The translations under genes were made by a program, and so were the position numbers. Under the pieces are notes generated by a model. That model saw only the letters and a program-made list of their open reading frames with translations. It made no database searches and was not told the origin of the DNA. Positions 39,730-49,476 of a stretch of DNA of 64,000 bases are shown here, in pieces; the stretch's first letter is position 1; every line of letters begins with the position of its first letter. Source of the stretch: a virus (lineage: Duplodnaviria > Caudoviricetes); IMG/VR virus record IMGVR_UViG_3300033475_000009, positions 26,550 through 90,549 of that record. The stretch is one strand, 5' to 3'.

Positions 39730-40748
39730 ATTAATTTTTTTATTTCTACATCACTAAAAATTAAATCTTCTTTAAGATCTTCAAAGCTTATTCCTCCATA
39801 TACAGATATATAATCTGATATATCTTTTACTTTAAATTCTAATAATTCTTTTTTCAAGTAAAAATATTCAAATCCGTATACTTCCTTATTTCTAATCATA
39901 TAATTTATACCTGCTTCATCATTATCATAGAAGCAAATTATATTTTTAAATCTAGTTTTAAAGTACTCTAAAATTTTATCAGGTATGTTATTACCTTCAG
40001 CATTAAGAGCTATACTAGATTTATTATAGAATTCATTAAGTATAATAACATCTTTATAGGATTTAGTAATTATTAATGTATCATTATTATAATTTAACTG
40101 ATTAAATCCTTGTACACTATTAATATCATAATTACTTAACCATTTATTTTTACCTAATGGACAGTATATCTTACAAAGATTATCTATTCTATATCTATAG
40201 GCTGGATTAGATTCAGAATAACTATAGTATAATTCATTATTAAGCCAAACTTCCTGACAGGCTCTTATATTATATTTATTGAGTATAGTATTATCTATAT
40301 AAAATTGGTTCCAATATTTATAGTCAATATCATTAAATTCTCTTAATACTACTTCAATTATAGCTTTTTTAGTATCATTAGCTTCTAGTTTTTTATAAGT
40401 AACTACTTTACTATCAACTGTAACTGATTTAATATCCTTACAAATTCTTTTAATAGCTTCCTTATACTCTAAAGAATATAACTGTTTAACTAATTCTACT
40501 GAGTCACCAAATTTACCAGTACTAAAACATTTAAATAATATTTTACTATTTTTTATATAGAAACAGAATGAAGGATCTTTTTCCTCTTTAAAAGGAGATT
40601 TAAATTTTTTATTTAAACTTGGATAGTATCCAAGGTAAAAATTATATATAAATTCATCAGGTATATCTTTTACTATTTTAAAATAATCAGGAAGACCTTC
40701 CTGTATATCCTTGAAAGTAAATAATGCCTTATTTTTATTAGATTCCAT
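39726..40748 (-). CDS. dnaG: DnaG-like primase
   Basis: N-terminal SPFKEEKDPSF..FKCFSTGKFGD zinc-finger-like region; TOPRIM motifs IITKSYKDV and YDNDEAG. Confidence 0.85.
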   Translation of the reverse strand: MESNKNKALFTFKDIQEGLPDYFKIVKDIPDEFIYNFYLGYYPSLNKKFKSPFKEEKDPSFCFYIKNSKILFKCFSTGKFGDSVELVKQLYSLEYKEAIKRICKDIKSVTVDSKVVTYKKLEANDTKKAIIEVVLREFNDIDYKYWNQFYIDNTILNKYNIRACQEVWLNNELYYSYSESNPAYRYRIDNLCKIYCPLGKNKWLSNYDINSVQGFNQLNYNNDTLIITKSYKDVIILNEFYNKSSIALNAEGNNIPDKILEYFKTRFKNIICFYDNDEAGINYMIRNKEVYGFEYFYLKKELLEFKVKDISDYISVYGGISFEDLKEDLIFSDVEIKKLI

Positions 40749-40798
40749 AAATATACTGAGAAGATTTCCTGATTATAATACTATTTTAGAATAGATTA

Positions 40799-41386
40799 TT
40801 AATCCCAAGGTAGACTATTATTAGTACCTGCTTCAGTAGATTCTGTCTTACTAGAATCTTTTTTAGGCATACCATCTTTAGCTTCATCCCAAATAAGTTT
40901 AGAAGGATTAACATCTACTGATTCAGCCCATCCAGAAAGGAAATTAGGAACACTAGTATAATATTTACCTGATCTTTCAGTAGCTACAAATTTAATTCTA
41001 ACACTCTTTCCTGTAAATCTTTTAGAGAAAATATCAATAAGTTCTTTAAAGTCTTTAGCTTCAATAGTTTGAATTTTAGCTTTAAGAGCTTCTACCTCAG
41101 AAGATTTTCCTGTTTTACTAAGAAAATGCATCATTCTTTTCATCATTTTCTCAGCTTTTTCAGGAGAATCAGGATTAAGAACGTCATAATTAAAACTAGC
41201 ACCGTCTTTAGTAGTTAGTACAAATACTCCTTTTTCTACAGTACTATTTTCAGGCTTTTGACCTTCTTTAACATTAGGACCAATAGGTTGATAATAGATT
41301 TCTTTAATATCTACTTCTTGAATACCTGGTCTCACATACTGACTATTACTCTGATCTTCTTGTGTGTTTTTAAATGAAAAACTCAT
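40799..41386 (-). CDS. Single-stranded DNA-binding protein (crAss-type)
   Basis: OB-like core and an acidic tail ending NSLPWD; sits between the primase and the AAA recombinase. Confidence 0.65.
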   Translation of the reverse strand: MSFSFKNTQEDQSNSQYVRPGIQEVDIKEIYYQPIGPNVKEGQKPENSTVEKGVFVLTTKDGASFNYDVLNPDSPEKAEKMMKRMMHFLSKTGKSSEVEALKAKIQTIEAKDFKELIDIFSKRFTGKSVRIKFVATERSGKYYTSVPNFLSGWAESVDVNPSKLIWDEAKDGMPKKDSSKTESTEAGTNNSLPWD

Positions 41387-41412
41387 ATTTTATTATTTAT
41401 TTATATAGTTAA

Positions 41413-42087
41413 TTAATTATAGTATTCTCTTACTTTATCACTTACTAGTTTTAAATCATTAGGAATTAAAAATGAATCAAACATTCCCATTGGAGATTTT
41501 CCAGTAGAAGAACTAGCTTGAGTTTCAAAGAAATACTCATTTTTACCCTCAGCTCCATATTTTACATGTGTAAATAGAACAATTGGAAACTTACTTTCTA
41601 AATGAATCTTTTCAAGCTTTCTTCCATTAGTTACAATACATTTCTTTTCTAATCCATTTACATCTGTATAATTAGTAGTATGAAACATAACAAAAATATT
41701 TAAATCCTTTTTAAGACTGTTACATTTTAAAATAAGATCATATATTTCAGCTGCTAAATCCATCCATTTTGTCATAGCTTCACCTCCAGCTTTTCTATTT
41801 CTAAAGTTATTAGACATTTCTATATCTAACATTATACCATTAGCAGTATCTATAATAACATCTTTAACTTCAGTTCTATTATTAATTTCATTAAGAACTT
41901 TATTAATCATATCAAGTTTAGATGTTTCTATATAATTTTTATTAGCTAATGTATAAAATTTACTTTCTTTAAATGGAAGGGTTTTACCATCAGCATTAAT
42001 ATATACTGTAGTCTTAGGATCTAATGTTCTAGCTGCTGTAGATTTACCATCTCCTGATGTACCACAAATTGCTATAGTATTAGCCAT
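41413..42087 (-). CDS. AAA_24/Sak4-like ATPase (ssDNA annealing/recombination)
   Basis: Walker A GTSGDGKS, YINADGK, Walker B VIIDT, IFVMFHT. Confidence 0.8.
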   Translation of the reverse strand: MANTIAICGTSGDGKSTAARTLDPKTTVYINADGKTLPFKESKFYTLANKNYIETSKLDMINKVLNEINNRTEVKDVIIDTANGIMLDIEMSNNFRNRKAGGEAMTKWMDLAAEIYDLILKCNSLKKDLNIFVMFHTTNYTDVNGLEKKCIVTNGRKLEKIHLESKFPIVLFTHVKYGAEGKNEYFFETQASSSTGKSPMGMFDSFLIPNDLKLVSDKVREYYN

Positions 42088-42090
42088 ATA

Positions 42091-42441
42091 TTACCAATCT
42101 TTAGAGTCTTCACTAGTTTCTGGAAGGTCTTCAGCTCCTTTGGTAGGTACTGAAATCATATCTTCATCACTAGATTTATTAGGTTTTGTAGTATTTACAT
42201 GTAGATCACCAATATCTACTTTAATTAGTAGAAATGCAGGAACTACTTTTCTTTTAGGTTTAAGAATAGGTAAAGAAGCTGCTTGTAATGTATTATTTGC
42301 TTCTTTAATTAGTTTAGTAGTAGCTGAGGCGCTAAGATTAAATTCTTTACCAATTTCTTCTTTAGTTTTACCTGCATCTACTAATTCTTTTAATTTAGCC
42401 AATGTAATTACTACTGGCTCTTTTTTCTTTTGATCACTCAT
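42091..42441 (-). CDS. Helix-turn-helix protein
   Basis: LVDAGKTKEEIGKEFNLSASATTKLI; acidic tail ending DW. Confidence 0.55.
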   Translation of the reverse strand: MSDQKKKEPVVITLAKLKELVDAGKTKEEIGKEFNLSASATTKLIKEANNTLQAASLPILKPKRKVVPAFLLIKVDIGDLHVNTTKPNKSSDEDMISVPTKGAEDLPETSEDSKDW

Positions 42442-42471
42442 TTTTATTTGATTTTAAATTTAAAAAATTAA

Positions 42472-44421
42472 TTATTCTTCTATTTTAGATAGTCTTTCTA
42501 TAGCTTTATAATGAATATCTTTCATTTCTTTAGCTCTAGGTAATTCATGATAAGCACCTACTTCACCTATAAATCCCATACCTACTCTAACATTATCAGC
42601 ACCTTCTCTATTCTTTAGGACTCCGACACATCTGAACCTATCTCTTAAAACTGCTATATTATAATCCATAAATTTATCCATATCATTATTTGCATTCATA
42701 TAGGATAAAGGATTAAATATACACATTACTGTATTAGCATCTTGTCCAGGTTGATTAGAGTCTTTTATATCTGATAATGTATGAAAGATTTCACCGTATT
42801 TCACTTTATTAATATCATCTATACTCCGATTAGCATGAGATACTAAGACAGGTGAAAAGTTAAATCTATTTCTAAATATTCTAAAATATTCTGAACACTT
42901 ATCTATTGTTGATTTTGCATTATAATTATCTGCCACTTTTTCTAGAGATAAATTACCAGCAGTATCTCCTATTATTATAGTATATTTTTCAGGATCTTTA
43001 GGTACATAAGTTTTTCTACCTCTACTATCCTCTACTATACTACCATTAGCTAATGCATACTCATTAACTTTTTTCCATATACCTGTGGGATTCTGGGGAT
43101 CATCATATATATGTACTACATCTGACATTTCTTCAAAATAATCAGCAGTAGATACTACTCTCTTATATATATCATCACTTATTCTATTCTTACCTTTAGA
43201 TAATATATAATTAGTATCTACCAATAGTTTATAATCTTTATATATCTTCCAGCAAGCCCATTTAGCTATTTTACTTTGTCTGGATATCTCTAAACTATAA
43301 TATAATATTTCTAACTTATTTAGCTTATTTATCTTTTTAAGATAATCATAAGGATTTAATACATAAGAAGCATCTACAAAAGCAGACTTACCTGTCAATT
43401 TTGTTATCTATAAGACTCTTTATTCTTATATTCTACATATTACTATGTAGTTCAGACTATATCATCATCCTTTATAGAATGTTGGGCGCTCGTGGATATA
43501 TTATATTCTATATCAGGGTTTGTGTTTTAAATCTCACTTTATCTGATTTTTGTAGTAGTTGATTAATCTACTCTTTAACTAATAGTTTCAATATCTAGTC
43601 GTTGCACTTTTACTAGTCTTTTAAACTAGTACTTAGCTCAGGATTGTCCGTTGCAGGAGTTTCCCTGAATTCACCCAATTTAAAGAGGGCTATAGGAAAA
43701 TTTAAATTTTCTAGGTTTATGTAAACCATTTATTATTCTTCTAATTGTTGAGTAGCTCACTTTTGTAAATCTTTGAGCTTCACTAACACTCTCGAAACTG
43801 AATTTTTCATTAGTCTTAACATTTATACAAAATATAGGCTTCTTAGCAGTTCCTAGTTTTAAATTTCCACTAATATATTTTTGTTTTAATACATTTGAAA
43901 TTTTTATTTTTGTTTCTTCTGCTATTTTTACTCTAATAACATTTCTAACTACATTATAAATAGAATTAGAAACATTAATATAATATTGTTCTCTTTTGAT
44001 TAAATTTTCAATAGTAACTTCTTCCAATATATAACATCTAAAATTTTCAATTCCATTTTTATTTACAGAATTCTGCAAAATAGAATTTTTATGTTTATTT
44101 CTAATTAAGAATGTTCTATGTTTATGAAGTCTTTGATAAATATTTACTGAACTACCTATATATTTTTTATTATTTATTATATTTTCTATACAATAAATTC
44201 CGGACTTTTTGTAAAATTCATAATTAATTTTCATGGTAATAAAACTAAAGAAATTTAGTGACTTTTCCAAGTCAACCCTCTCTTCCAAAAACTACGTCAT
44301 ATCTACCTCTCTGTATTCCACAGATATAGGAATCTAATCTATCATATCCTGTAGGTAAACCTAAGTTTTTACCTTCTTTACCAGCATCTACAGATTCTAT
44401 TAATTCCTTATATAGACTCAT
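42472..44421 (-). CDS. dnaB: SF4 (DnaB-like) replicative helicase, spliced (exon1 44421-44275, exon2 43395-42472; 356 aa)
   Basis: Exon1 MSLYKELIESVDAGKEGKNLGLPTGYDRLD..VVFGREG joined to exon2 TGKSAF restores Walker A GREGTGKS. Later motifs are LVSHANR, IKDS..GQDAN and KNREG. Confidence 0.92.
43396..44274 (-). mobile_element. Group I intron (879 nt, IA2-like) with homing endonuclease in loop L1
   Basis: Exon end AGAGGGU pairs with IGS GCCCUCU located after the ORF. P3 UUGGGUG/CGCCCAA, P4 UUCAGG/CCUGAG, P7 GACUA/UAGUC, extra stems between P7 and P3', P9 CUACAU/AUGUAG; terminal G at 43396. Confidence 0.92.
43680..44234 (-). CDS. Intron-encoded GIY-YIG homing endonuclease
   Basis: KSGIYCIENIINNKKYIGSSVNIYQRLHKH..REQYYI..YN and a C-terminal NUMOD1-like FESVSEAQRF. 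Likely start is the ATG at 44234, not the TTG at 44288. Confidence 0.9.
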   Translation of the reverse strand: MKINYEFYKKSGIYCIENIINNKKYIGSSVNIYQRLHKHRTFLIRNKHKNSILQNSVNKNGIENFRCYILEEVTIENLIKREQYYINVSNSIYNVVRNVIRVKIAEETKIKISNVLKQKYISGNLKLGTAKKPIFCINVKTNEKFSFESVSEAQRFTKVSYSTIRRIINGLHKPRKFKFSYSPL

Positions 44422-45038
44422 AGTTCTTTAAATAAACTTTCTTGACTAATATTATTAGTAGTTTTATTAGTTACTTGCTCACAATATGAAGCTAAAATAG
44501 ATTCTCCCATCTTATCTATAAAATAATAAGCAGTCTTCATATAAGTATATCCTTGAGATTTACAAACTTTTATATAATTGTCTGTGGCTTCTAAAATTAC
44601 TTCATATGAATATTTATACTTCTTTATAAAAGCAATCATTTTAACTTTACATTTTTCAAGATTACTTTTAACTAAAAGATTTCCTGTTATTACTTTCTCT
44701 GGAAATTTATTATAATATTCTTCTACAAACTTATTGAAGTCCTCCTTTCTTTTACTTAAAATATCTTTTCCTCCTAAAACTTTTAATCCTTTATCAGTAA
44801 TAGCTAATTCAGAAAATTTAAAAGTATAATTAGTTATTCCTGCATTAGATATATAATCTTTCTGATATAATGTAAATAGATCATCTTTTAATACATCCTT
44901 TCTACCTACATCTATATAGCTTATATATTCTACTTCATCACTATTAGCTATTATATTAAGAAGAAGAAACTGGTTAGCTGTTATTTCATATTTAATGAGG
45001 TTATTTACTTCTAATTCATAAACTTTTTTTTCTCTCAT
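44418..45038 (-). CDS. Replisome organizer / helicase-loader-like protein
   Basis: N-terminal winged-helix-like region and C-terminal FVEEYYNKFP..YMKTAYYFI; coupled to the helicase ATG. Confidence 0.5.
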   Translation of the reverse strand: MREKKVYELEVNNLIKYEITANQFLLLNIIANSDEVEYISYIDVGRKDVLKDDLFTLYQKDYISNAGITNYTFKFSELAITDKGLKVLGGKDILSKRKEDFNKFVEEYYNKFPEKVITGNLLVKSNLEKCKVKMIAFIKKYKYSYEVILEATDNYIKVCKSQGYTYMKTAYYFIDKMGESILASYCEQVTNKTTNNISQESLFKEL

Positions 45039-45547
45039 ATATGAGATCTTTTAATAATATTTAATTTTTTGTCTATATACTTTTTAGCTTCTACCAAATT
45101 TATAACTTGTCTTTCTTTATTATTAGTAGCATCTACTAAATATTCAAAAGCTCTTGTTATAAATGGATCAAAGCCTAATTCTATAGCTACGTTAGTTGTA
45201 TCTATACTCTTTCTATTGAGTATAGTTATAAAGTCCTCTTCATAAGGATTTATAAATTTTTTAAGTAATTGTGCTGAAACTCTTTTATTCTTATTACTAT
45301 TAGATTCTATTTCTTCTTTAAGTCTAAACTGATCTTCTACTGGTAAGATGTATAGATTTTTTCTATGCTCAGGTACTGAGTTTTTACCTATATCTACTAG
45401 TTGAAATATTAATAGTTTTTCTCTAGTAATTTCATCTCTATAAATCAAAATACTATCATCTAATTCTCTATAAGAATTAGGGATAAATTTATATTTTTCT
45501 TTATCGTACTTAGAATAAAATTGTTCTTTAGTTATAGCTGGATACAT
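45035..45547 (-). CDS. Hypothetical protein (C-terminus weakly DUF3310-like)
   Basis: 170 aa; RAFEYL..INLVEAKKYID. Confidence 0.45.
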   Translation of the reverse strand: MYPAITKEQFYSKYDKEKYKFIPNSYRELDDSILIYRDEITREKLLIFQLVDIGKNSVPEHRKNLYILPVEDQFRLKEEIESNSNKNKRVSAQLLKKFINPYEEDFITILNRKSIDTTNVAIELGFDPFITRAFEYLVDATNNKERQVINLVEAKKYIDKKLNIIKRSHI

Positions 45548-45550
45548 AGT

Positions 45551-45850
45551 TTATAGTACTTCTACCCCATAAAGTTTTAGAATATTATCTATAAAGTCAA
45601 TAGATTCTGTGGTACAAAGAGTTCTACCAGAAATTAATTCTATTAAGGTATTACCTTCTTCTATAACACTAGGATAGTAACTTATAATTTGATCTATTCT
45701 TAATCTAGAAACTCTATATTCAAAGGTTTCTTTCTGAGCTTTTTCTAGCTCCTCTCTTGTACACCCTTCTACTTCAACTTTATATCTAATTTCCTCTTCT
45801 GTAAGAGTATTAGTTGAGCCACATTTAATAGGAATTCTTATAAATTGCAT
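45551..45850 (-). CDS. Hypothetical protein
   Basis: 99-aa ORF in operon. Confidence 0.55.
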   Translation of the reverse strand: MQFIRIPIKCGSTNTLTEEEIRYKVEVEGCTREELEKAQKETFEYRVSRLRIDQIISYYPSVIEEGNTLIELISGRTLCTTESIDFIDNILKLYGVEVL

Positions 45851-45886
45851 AGGATTTCAAAATTACTAATTTTATAATATTTTAAA

Positions 45887-46114
45887 CTATTTTATGTGAG
45901 AATATATTAGTCTTACATCTTCTATTTCTGTCTCCAAACTTACATCTAAAGCTCTTTCCAGATCATACTGATCTACTTCAGTATTAAAATCCTGACAAAT
46001 TAATTTACTAGCTTCTATATAATTATTAATAACCTGGGGATACTTTAGAATAATTAACTGATACATTGTTTCTATATCTGATATAGAAGGTTTATTAATC
46101 TGTACTACTTTCAT
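45887..46114 (-). CDS. Hypothetical protein
   Basis: 75-aa ORF in operon. Confidence 0.55.
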   Translation of the reverse strand: MKVVQINKPSISDIETMYQLIILKYPQVINNYIEASKLICQDFNTEVDQYDLERALDVSLETEIEDVRLIYSHIK

Positions 46115-46116
46115 AA

Positions 46117-46326
46117 CTATTTTAATTTATGTATATTAATACCTAACTTATTTCCATTTCTATCACTAATTTCTATATTATAGTATAGAGGATTACTATT
46201 CTGAGTAGTTTGTATAAGCATAGATTCTCCAGTAAATTCATATAGATTATCTAAGCATTTAATAATTTCTATAGCTATATTTCTTTTCCTAGACTCTATT
46301 AGATCTTCTTTTGTTTCGTCATACAT
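46117..46326 (-). CDS. Hypothetical protein
   Basis: 69-aa ORF in operon. Confidence 0.5.
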   Translation of the reverse strand: MYDETKEDLIESRKRNIAIEIIKCLDNLYEFTGESMLIQTTQNSNPLYYNIEISDRNGNKLGINIHKLK

Positions 46327-46330
46327 AATA

Positions 46331-46552
46331 TTATAAATAAAAAATTGAGTATAATATAGAACCTAATAATAAACCTACTATAAAGTATATAAATTTTTGT
46401 CTTTGATATTCTAATTTATTAAGATTATTAATATACTTTTCTTTAGGTGTTTCTTTGTAATCTTTCATAATTTCTTTAAAATCTGATTTTAATTGTTCAG
46501 ATGTATTTTCTGAAAGATATTTATTTAACTTTTCAACTGATTTATTTTCCAT
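46331..46552 (-). CDS. Small protein with C-terminal TM
   Basis: FIYFIVGLLLGSILYSIFYL. Confidence 0.5.
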   Translation of the reverse strand: MENKSVEKLNKYLSENTSEQLKSDFKEIMKDYKETPKEKYINNLNKLEYQRQKFIYFIVGLLLGSILYSIFYL

Positions 46553-46913
46553 TTTGATTATACCATTTTATAAATTCTACAACTACGGGAAACGCTGCTT
46601 CAATTAAAGTTTCCTTATCACCATCCAATAGGTTTACTTTTTTCTCTCCGTTCTCCATTACCCATATACGACAGTTCCATCCAAGGCTTCCCCACATTTC
46701 AACTATAGCTCCATTTTTTTCTATCTTCTCCACTACTGGCATAAGCCAATCCCATGATGAATGGTATTTCATCATATCAAGAAATACTGACTTTTTGCCT
46801 GGAAATTCCATTACAATTCTACCTTTATTAGAATTTAAAGAATCTTGGTATTCTTTCCAGCCAATAAATTCAGCTATTAGCTTATTGCCTTCTAGTATTT
46901 CTTCGTCTGTCAT
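46542..46913 (-). CDS. Phage hypothetical protein
   Basis: EGNKLIAEFIGW..KYHSSWDWLMPVVEKIE motif. Confidence 0.6.
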   Translation of the reverse strand: MTDEEILEGNKLIAEFIGWKEYQDSLNSNKGRIVMEFPGKKSVFLDMMKYHSSWDWLMPVVEKIEKNGAIVEMWGSLGWNCRIWVMENGEKKVNLLDGDKETLIEAAFPVVVEFIKWYNQNGK

Positions 46914-47245
46914 TTCTTTATAATTCCTTTTTCGGTTAAGAATAATTTTACTAATTCACTGTCTGATTTTTCTTTTGAACCAATTACAAAAGGTTCATGA
47001 ATAAGTGTTTTTAATAAATCACAATTTTCTCGTAGCCATGTTGTGTAAAGTGTCATTAGTTCTTCTAAGGGAAGTTCACGGAACCAAAATTCTGGATATG
47101 CTGCACTCCCTCCCGGATACCTTACCCAAACATTATTTCTGAAACCAAGATTTCCTATCTCGGTCAAATAAAATACATTTTGTACCGTAGGGGGTTCATC
47201 TTTGGTGTTTATCTGTTGGTAGAATTTATTTTCAATGTTTATCAT
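46910..47245 (-). CDS. Hypothetical protein
   Basis: 111-aa ORF, coupled on both sides. Confidence 0.55.
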   Translation of the reverse strand: MINIENKFYQQINTKDEPPTVQNVFYLTEIGNLGFRNNVWVRYPGGSAAYPEFWFRELPLEELMTLYTTWLRENCDLLKTLIHEPFVIGSKEKSDSELVKLFLTEKGIIKK

Positions 47246-47610
47246 TTTTGAATTGTTGTTTTTAGATTTTTAACAGCCTCCCTTGGCGTATCTCCAAAGC
47301 CACAAACACTTGTTTGTATATCTATAAAATCATCATAGTATGCACACCATGAAGTGCCATCTATCTTTAAATTTATATTTTCATGCCACCAGCTTGGCTC
47401 TGGTCCAAAATTTGGCATGCTATTATTGGCGCTAAAACAACATAATGGTTGGGTACACCTCCATCCTCCTCCGTAGTTAAATGTTCTACATCCACATTCG
47501 GGGCATGGCCCAAGAAATATGTAATTATCTTGTGGGTCCTTTTCTCCATAAACCCACTTATCGTTTGGCCTTGTTTCAAATGTTTTCATTAATTTTAAAT
47601 TTAGGGACAC
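47242..47610 (-). CDS. Zn-ribbon-containing hypothetical protein
   Basis: CPECG..WRCTQPLC; C-terminal DGTSWCA..GFGDTPREAV. Confidence 0.55.
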   Translation of the reverse strand: MSLNLKLMKTFETRPNDKWVYGEKDPQDNYIFLGPCPECGCRTFNYGGGWRCTQPLCCFSANNSMPNFGPEPSWWHENINLKIDGTSWCAYYDDFIDIQTSVCGFGDTPREAVKNLKTTIQK

Positions 47611-47637
47611 ACTAATATTTTATCTGTTGGTAAAATT

Positions 47638-47958
47638 TCATAATAATTGATCATCAATATTTATAGGATTATAATTATGCACAGAGCATGATTCTGAAGC
47701 AAGACGTACTCCTTTTACTTCGTAATTTGGATTGAACTGACAATCACATTCAGGATCATGATCACATCTATCATGTTCAGAATAAGTAAGCTCTTCTCTT
47801 TCTAATGAGTCAGGAATAATAGATAGTAAAGAATTTAAATCATCACCATCCATGACAATTTGTTTTAACCAGTTGCCATTTATTGATATATCACAACAAA
47901 GGTAGTTTTGCCTAGATAATTCACTATATCTTTTTATTATATTAAGTTCTATCTTCAT
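47638..47958 (-). CDS. Hypothetical protein, Cys/His-rich C-terminus
   Basis: HDRCDHDPECDC..CSVH. Confidence 0.5.
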   Translation of the reverse strand: MKIELNIIKRYSELSRQNYLCCDISINGNWLKQIVMDGDDLNSLLSIIPDSLEREELTYSEHDRCDHDPECDCQFNPNYEVKGVRLASESCSVHNYNPINIDDQLL

Positions 47959-48232
47959 TTTCTATTAATAAATTATAGTAATTTTAGTAAACTTATTATA
48001 GTAAATAAAGTAATACTTAATATACTTCCTATAAATAGTCCTATATAGAAAAATAAAAATTTACTTTATTTTCCATTATTTAAATCTTTACAAACTATTT
48101 CTGCTTCTTCTTTTGTCTTTAACCCAGAATCTACGAGAGTTCTACAACTTTTACAATATACACCATAACCTTTTGGATAAGGCCATATTGTTCTTATTGG
48201 AGTAAAATGATGTTTGTGTTTAAATATATTTC

Positions 48233-48415
48233 TCATAAATTTATTAATTTAAGTGCCTTATATAACACCTTTTTATTAAAATTATATATTTTATTTTGGA
48301 AAGGACTAATAAATCTACCTTTCTTATTTCCAATAGGATCTAGATATTTATAGCAAACTATATCTTTCTTAGCAATTAATTCTCTATTATATTTAGGATG
48401 AATATTAAAGCACAT
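48233..48415 (-). CDS. Short hypothetical protein, possibly a truncated family member
   Basis: MC..AKKDIVCYK..FISPFQ; only 60 aa. Confidence 0.4.
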   Translation of the reverse strand: MCFNIHPKYNRELIAKKDIVCYKYLDPIGNKKGRFISPFQNKIYNFNKKVLYKALKLINL

Positions 48416-48947
48416 ATTTATTAAGGTCTACAGGTTTATAATTAATACTTTTAAGAACTTTATTATCAGAAAATCTAAATACTCCTATATAATCTAATCC
48501 ACAAGGTTTACAATATGTTTGAATGCCTTCAGAATTATATTTATTCATAGTATCTAAAGCTTCGTGTTGATTATTACATAATTCACTCATATTACTATCA
48601 TGAATATCTTGAAAAGCATTATCAAATACTTCTTGCTGACCATTTTCTAGTATAGTTCCAGATAGAATATATTGTAAATCACAAGTAGCATCTAATACTT
48701 CTTTTTTATTGAGTATTAAAGTGTCTTTTCCTACTTCAATCTCTCCCTGACCATATTCTAAATGAGAGGCTAATAATCTATTAAAAGTTTCTTGTAGTCC
48801 ATAAGCATCAGCTAACTCAGTTAGTTCTTCAAATAATAAACTTAATCTAAGCTCTCTTCTATCTATAGATATTTCACCTTCTTTATTTAATACAGGTTGT
48901 CCAAAGGCTTCATGAAATTCTTTAACTAATTCTAATTGTTTATTCAT
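48405..48947 (-). CDS. MazG-like / PRA-PH-family nucleoside triphosphate pyrophosphohydrolase
   Basis: VKEFHEAFG..LRLSLLFEELTEL..EVLDATCDLQYILSG..IHDSNMSE..KVLKS. Confidence 0.8.
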   Translation of the reverse strand: MNKQLELVKEFHEAFGQPVLNKEGEISIDRRELRLSLLFEELTELADAYGLQETFNRLLASHLEYGQGEIEVGKDTLILNKKEVLDATCDLQYILSGTILENGQQEVFDNAFQDIHDSNMSELCNNQHEALDTMNKYNSEGIQTYCKPCGLDYIGVFRFSDNKVLKSINYKPVDLNKYVL

Positions 48948-49327
48948 TTTGTAATTAATTCTAATGTTTCACTATTTTTTAATACTTCTTTAACTTCATC
49001 TATATTAATAGAATTAATATAAGATTCTGGAAGTGTTATTTCAAATTCTAACTCAGGAAGATTTAATCTTTCTATAGGATTTTCTACTAATTCATCAAAT
49101 TTATTTATAAAAAGTGATGCTTCTAAAGGTAAACTTATATTAGTAAAAGAATCATTTATATATATCAGTACACATCCCACTCTAGCTTTTGGAAATATTT
49201 CTCTAACTGCAATAGCTATAGCACAGTTTTCAGGAGGATAATTCAAACCTGGAATATTAGTACCACACATCATACTTTTCTTAAGTATATCTTTAGTAAC
49301 TTTTATTTTTAATTTATATTCTTTCAT
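48944..49327 (-). CDS. Hypothetical protein
   Basis: 127 aa; ENCAIAIAVREIFP. Confidence 0.55.
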   Translation of the reverse strand: MKEYKLKIKVTKDILKKSMMCGTNIPGLNYPPENCAIAIAVREIFPKARVGCVLIYINDSFTNISLPLEASLFINKFDELVENPIERLNLPELEFEITLPESYINSINIDEVKEVLKNSETLELITK

Positions 49328-49476
49328 ATTATCTTTATATTTCTTTAAATAGTCTATATAATCCTTTTATTATAATAGCACATACTCCTATACTAGCTAT
49401 AGAGAAGGGTAGTATAACCATTATAAATAACATTACTTCTTTTATAATAAATTTTTATTTAATAATAAATTAGAGT

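Noticed and set aside
42472-44288. TTG starts at 43398 (helicase) and 44288 (endonuclease)
   Set aside because: 43398 includes the intron omega-G. 44288 lies inside helicase exon 1, and the ATG at 44234 is more plausible.
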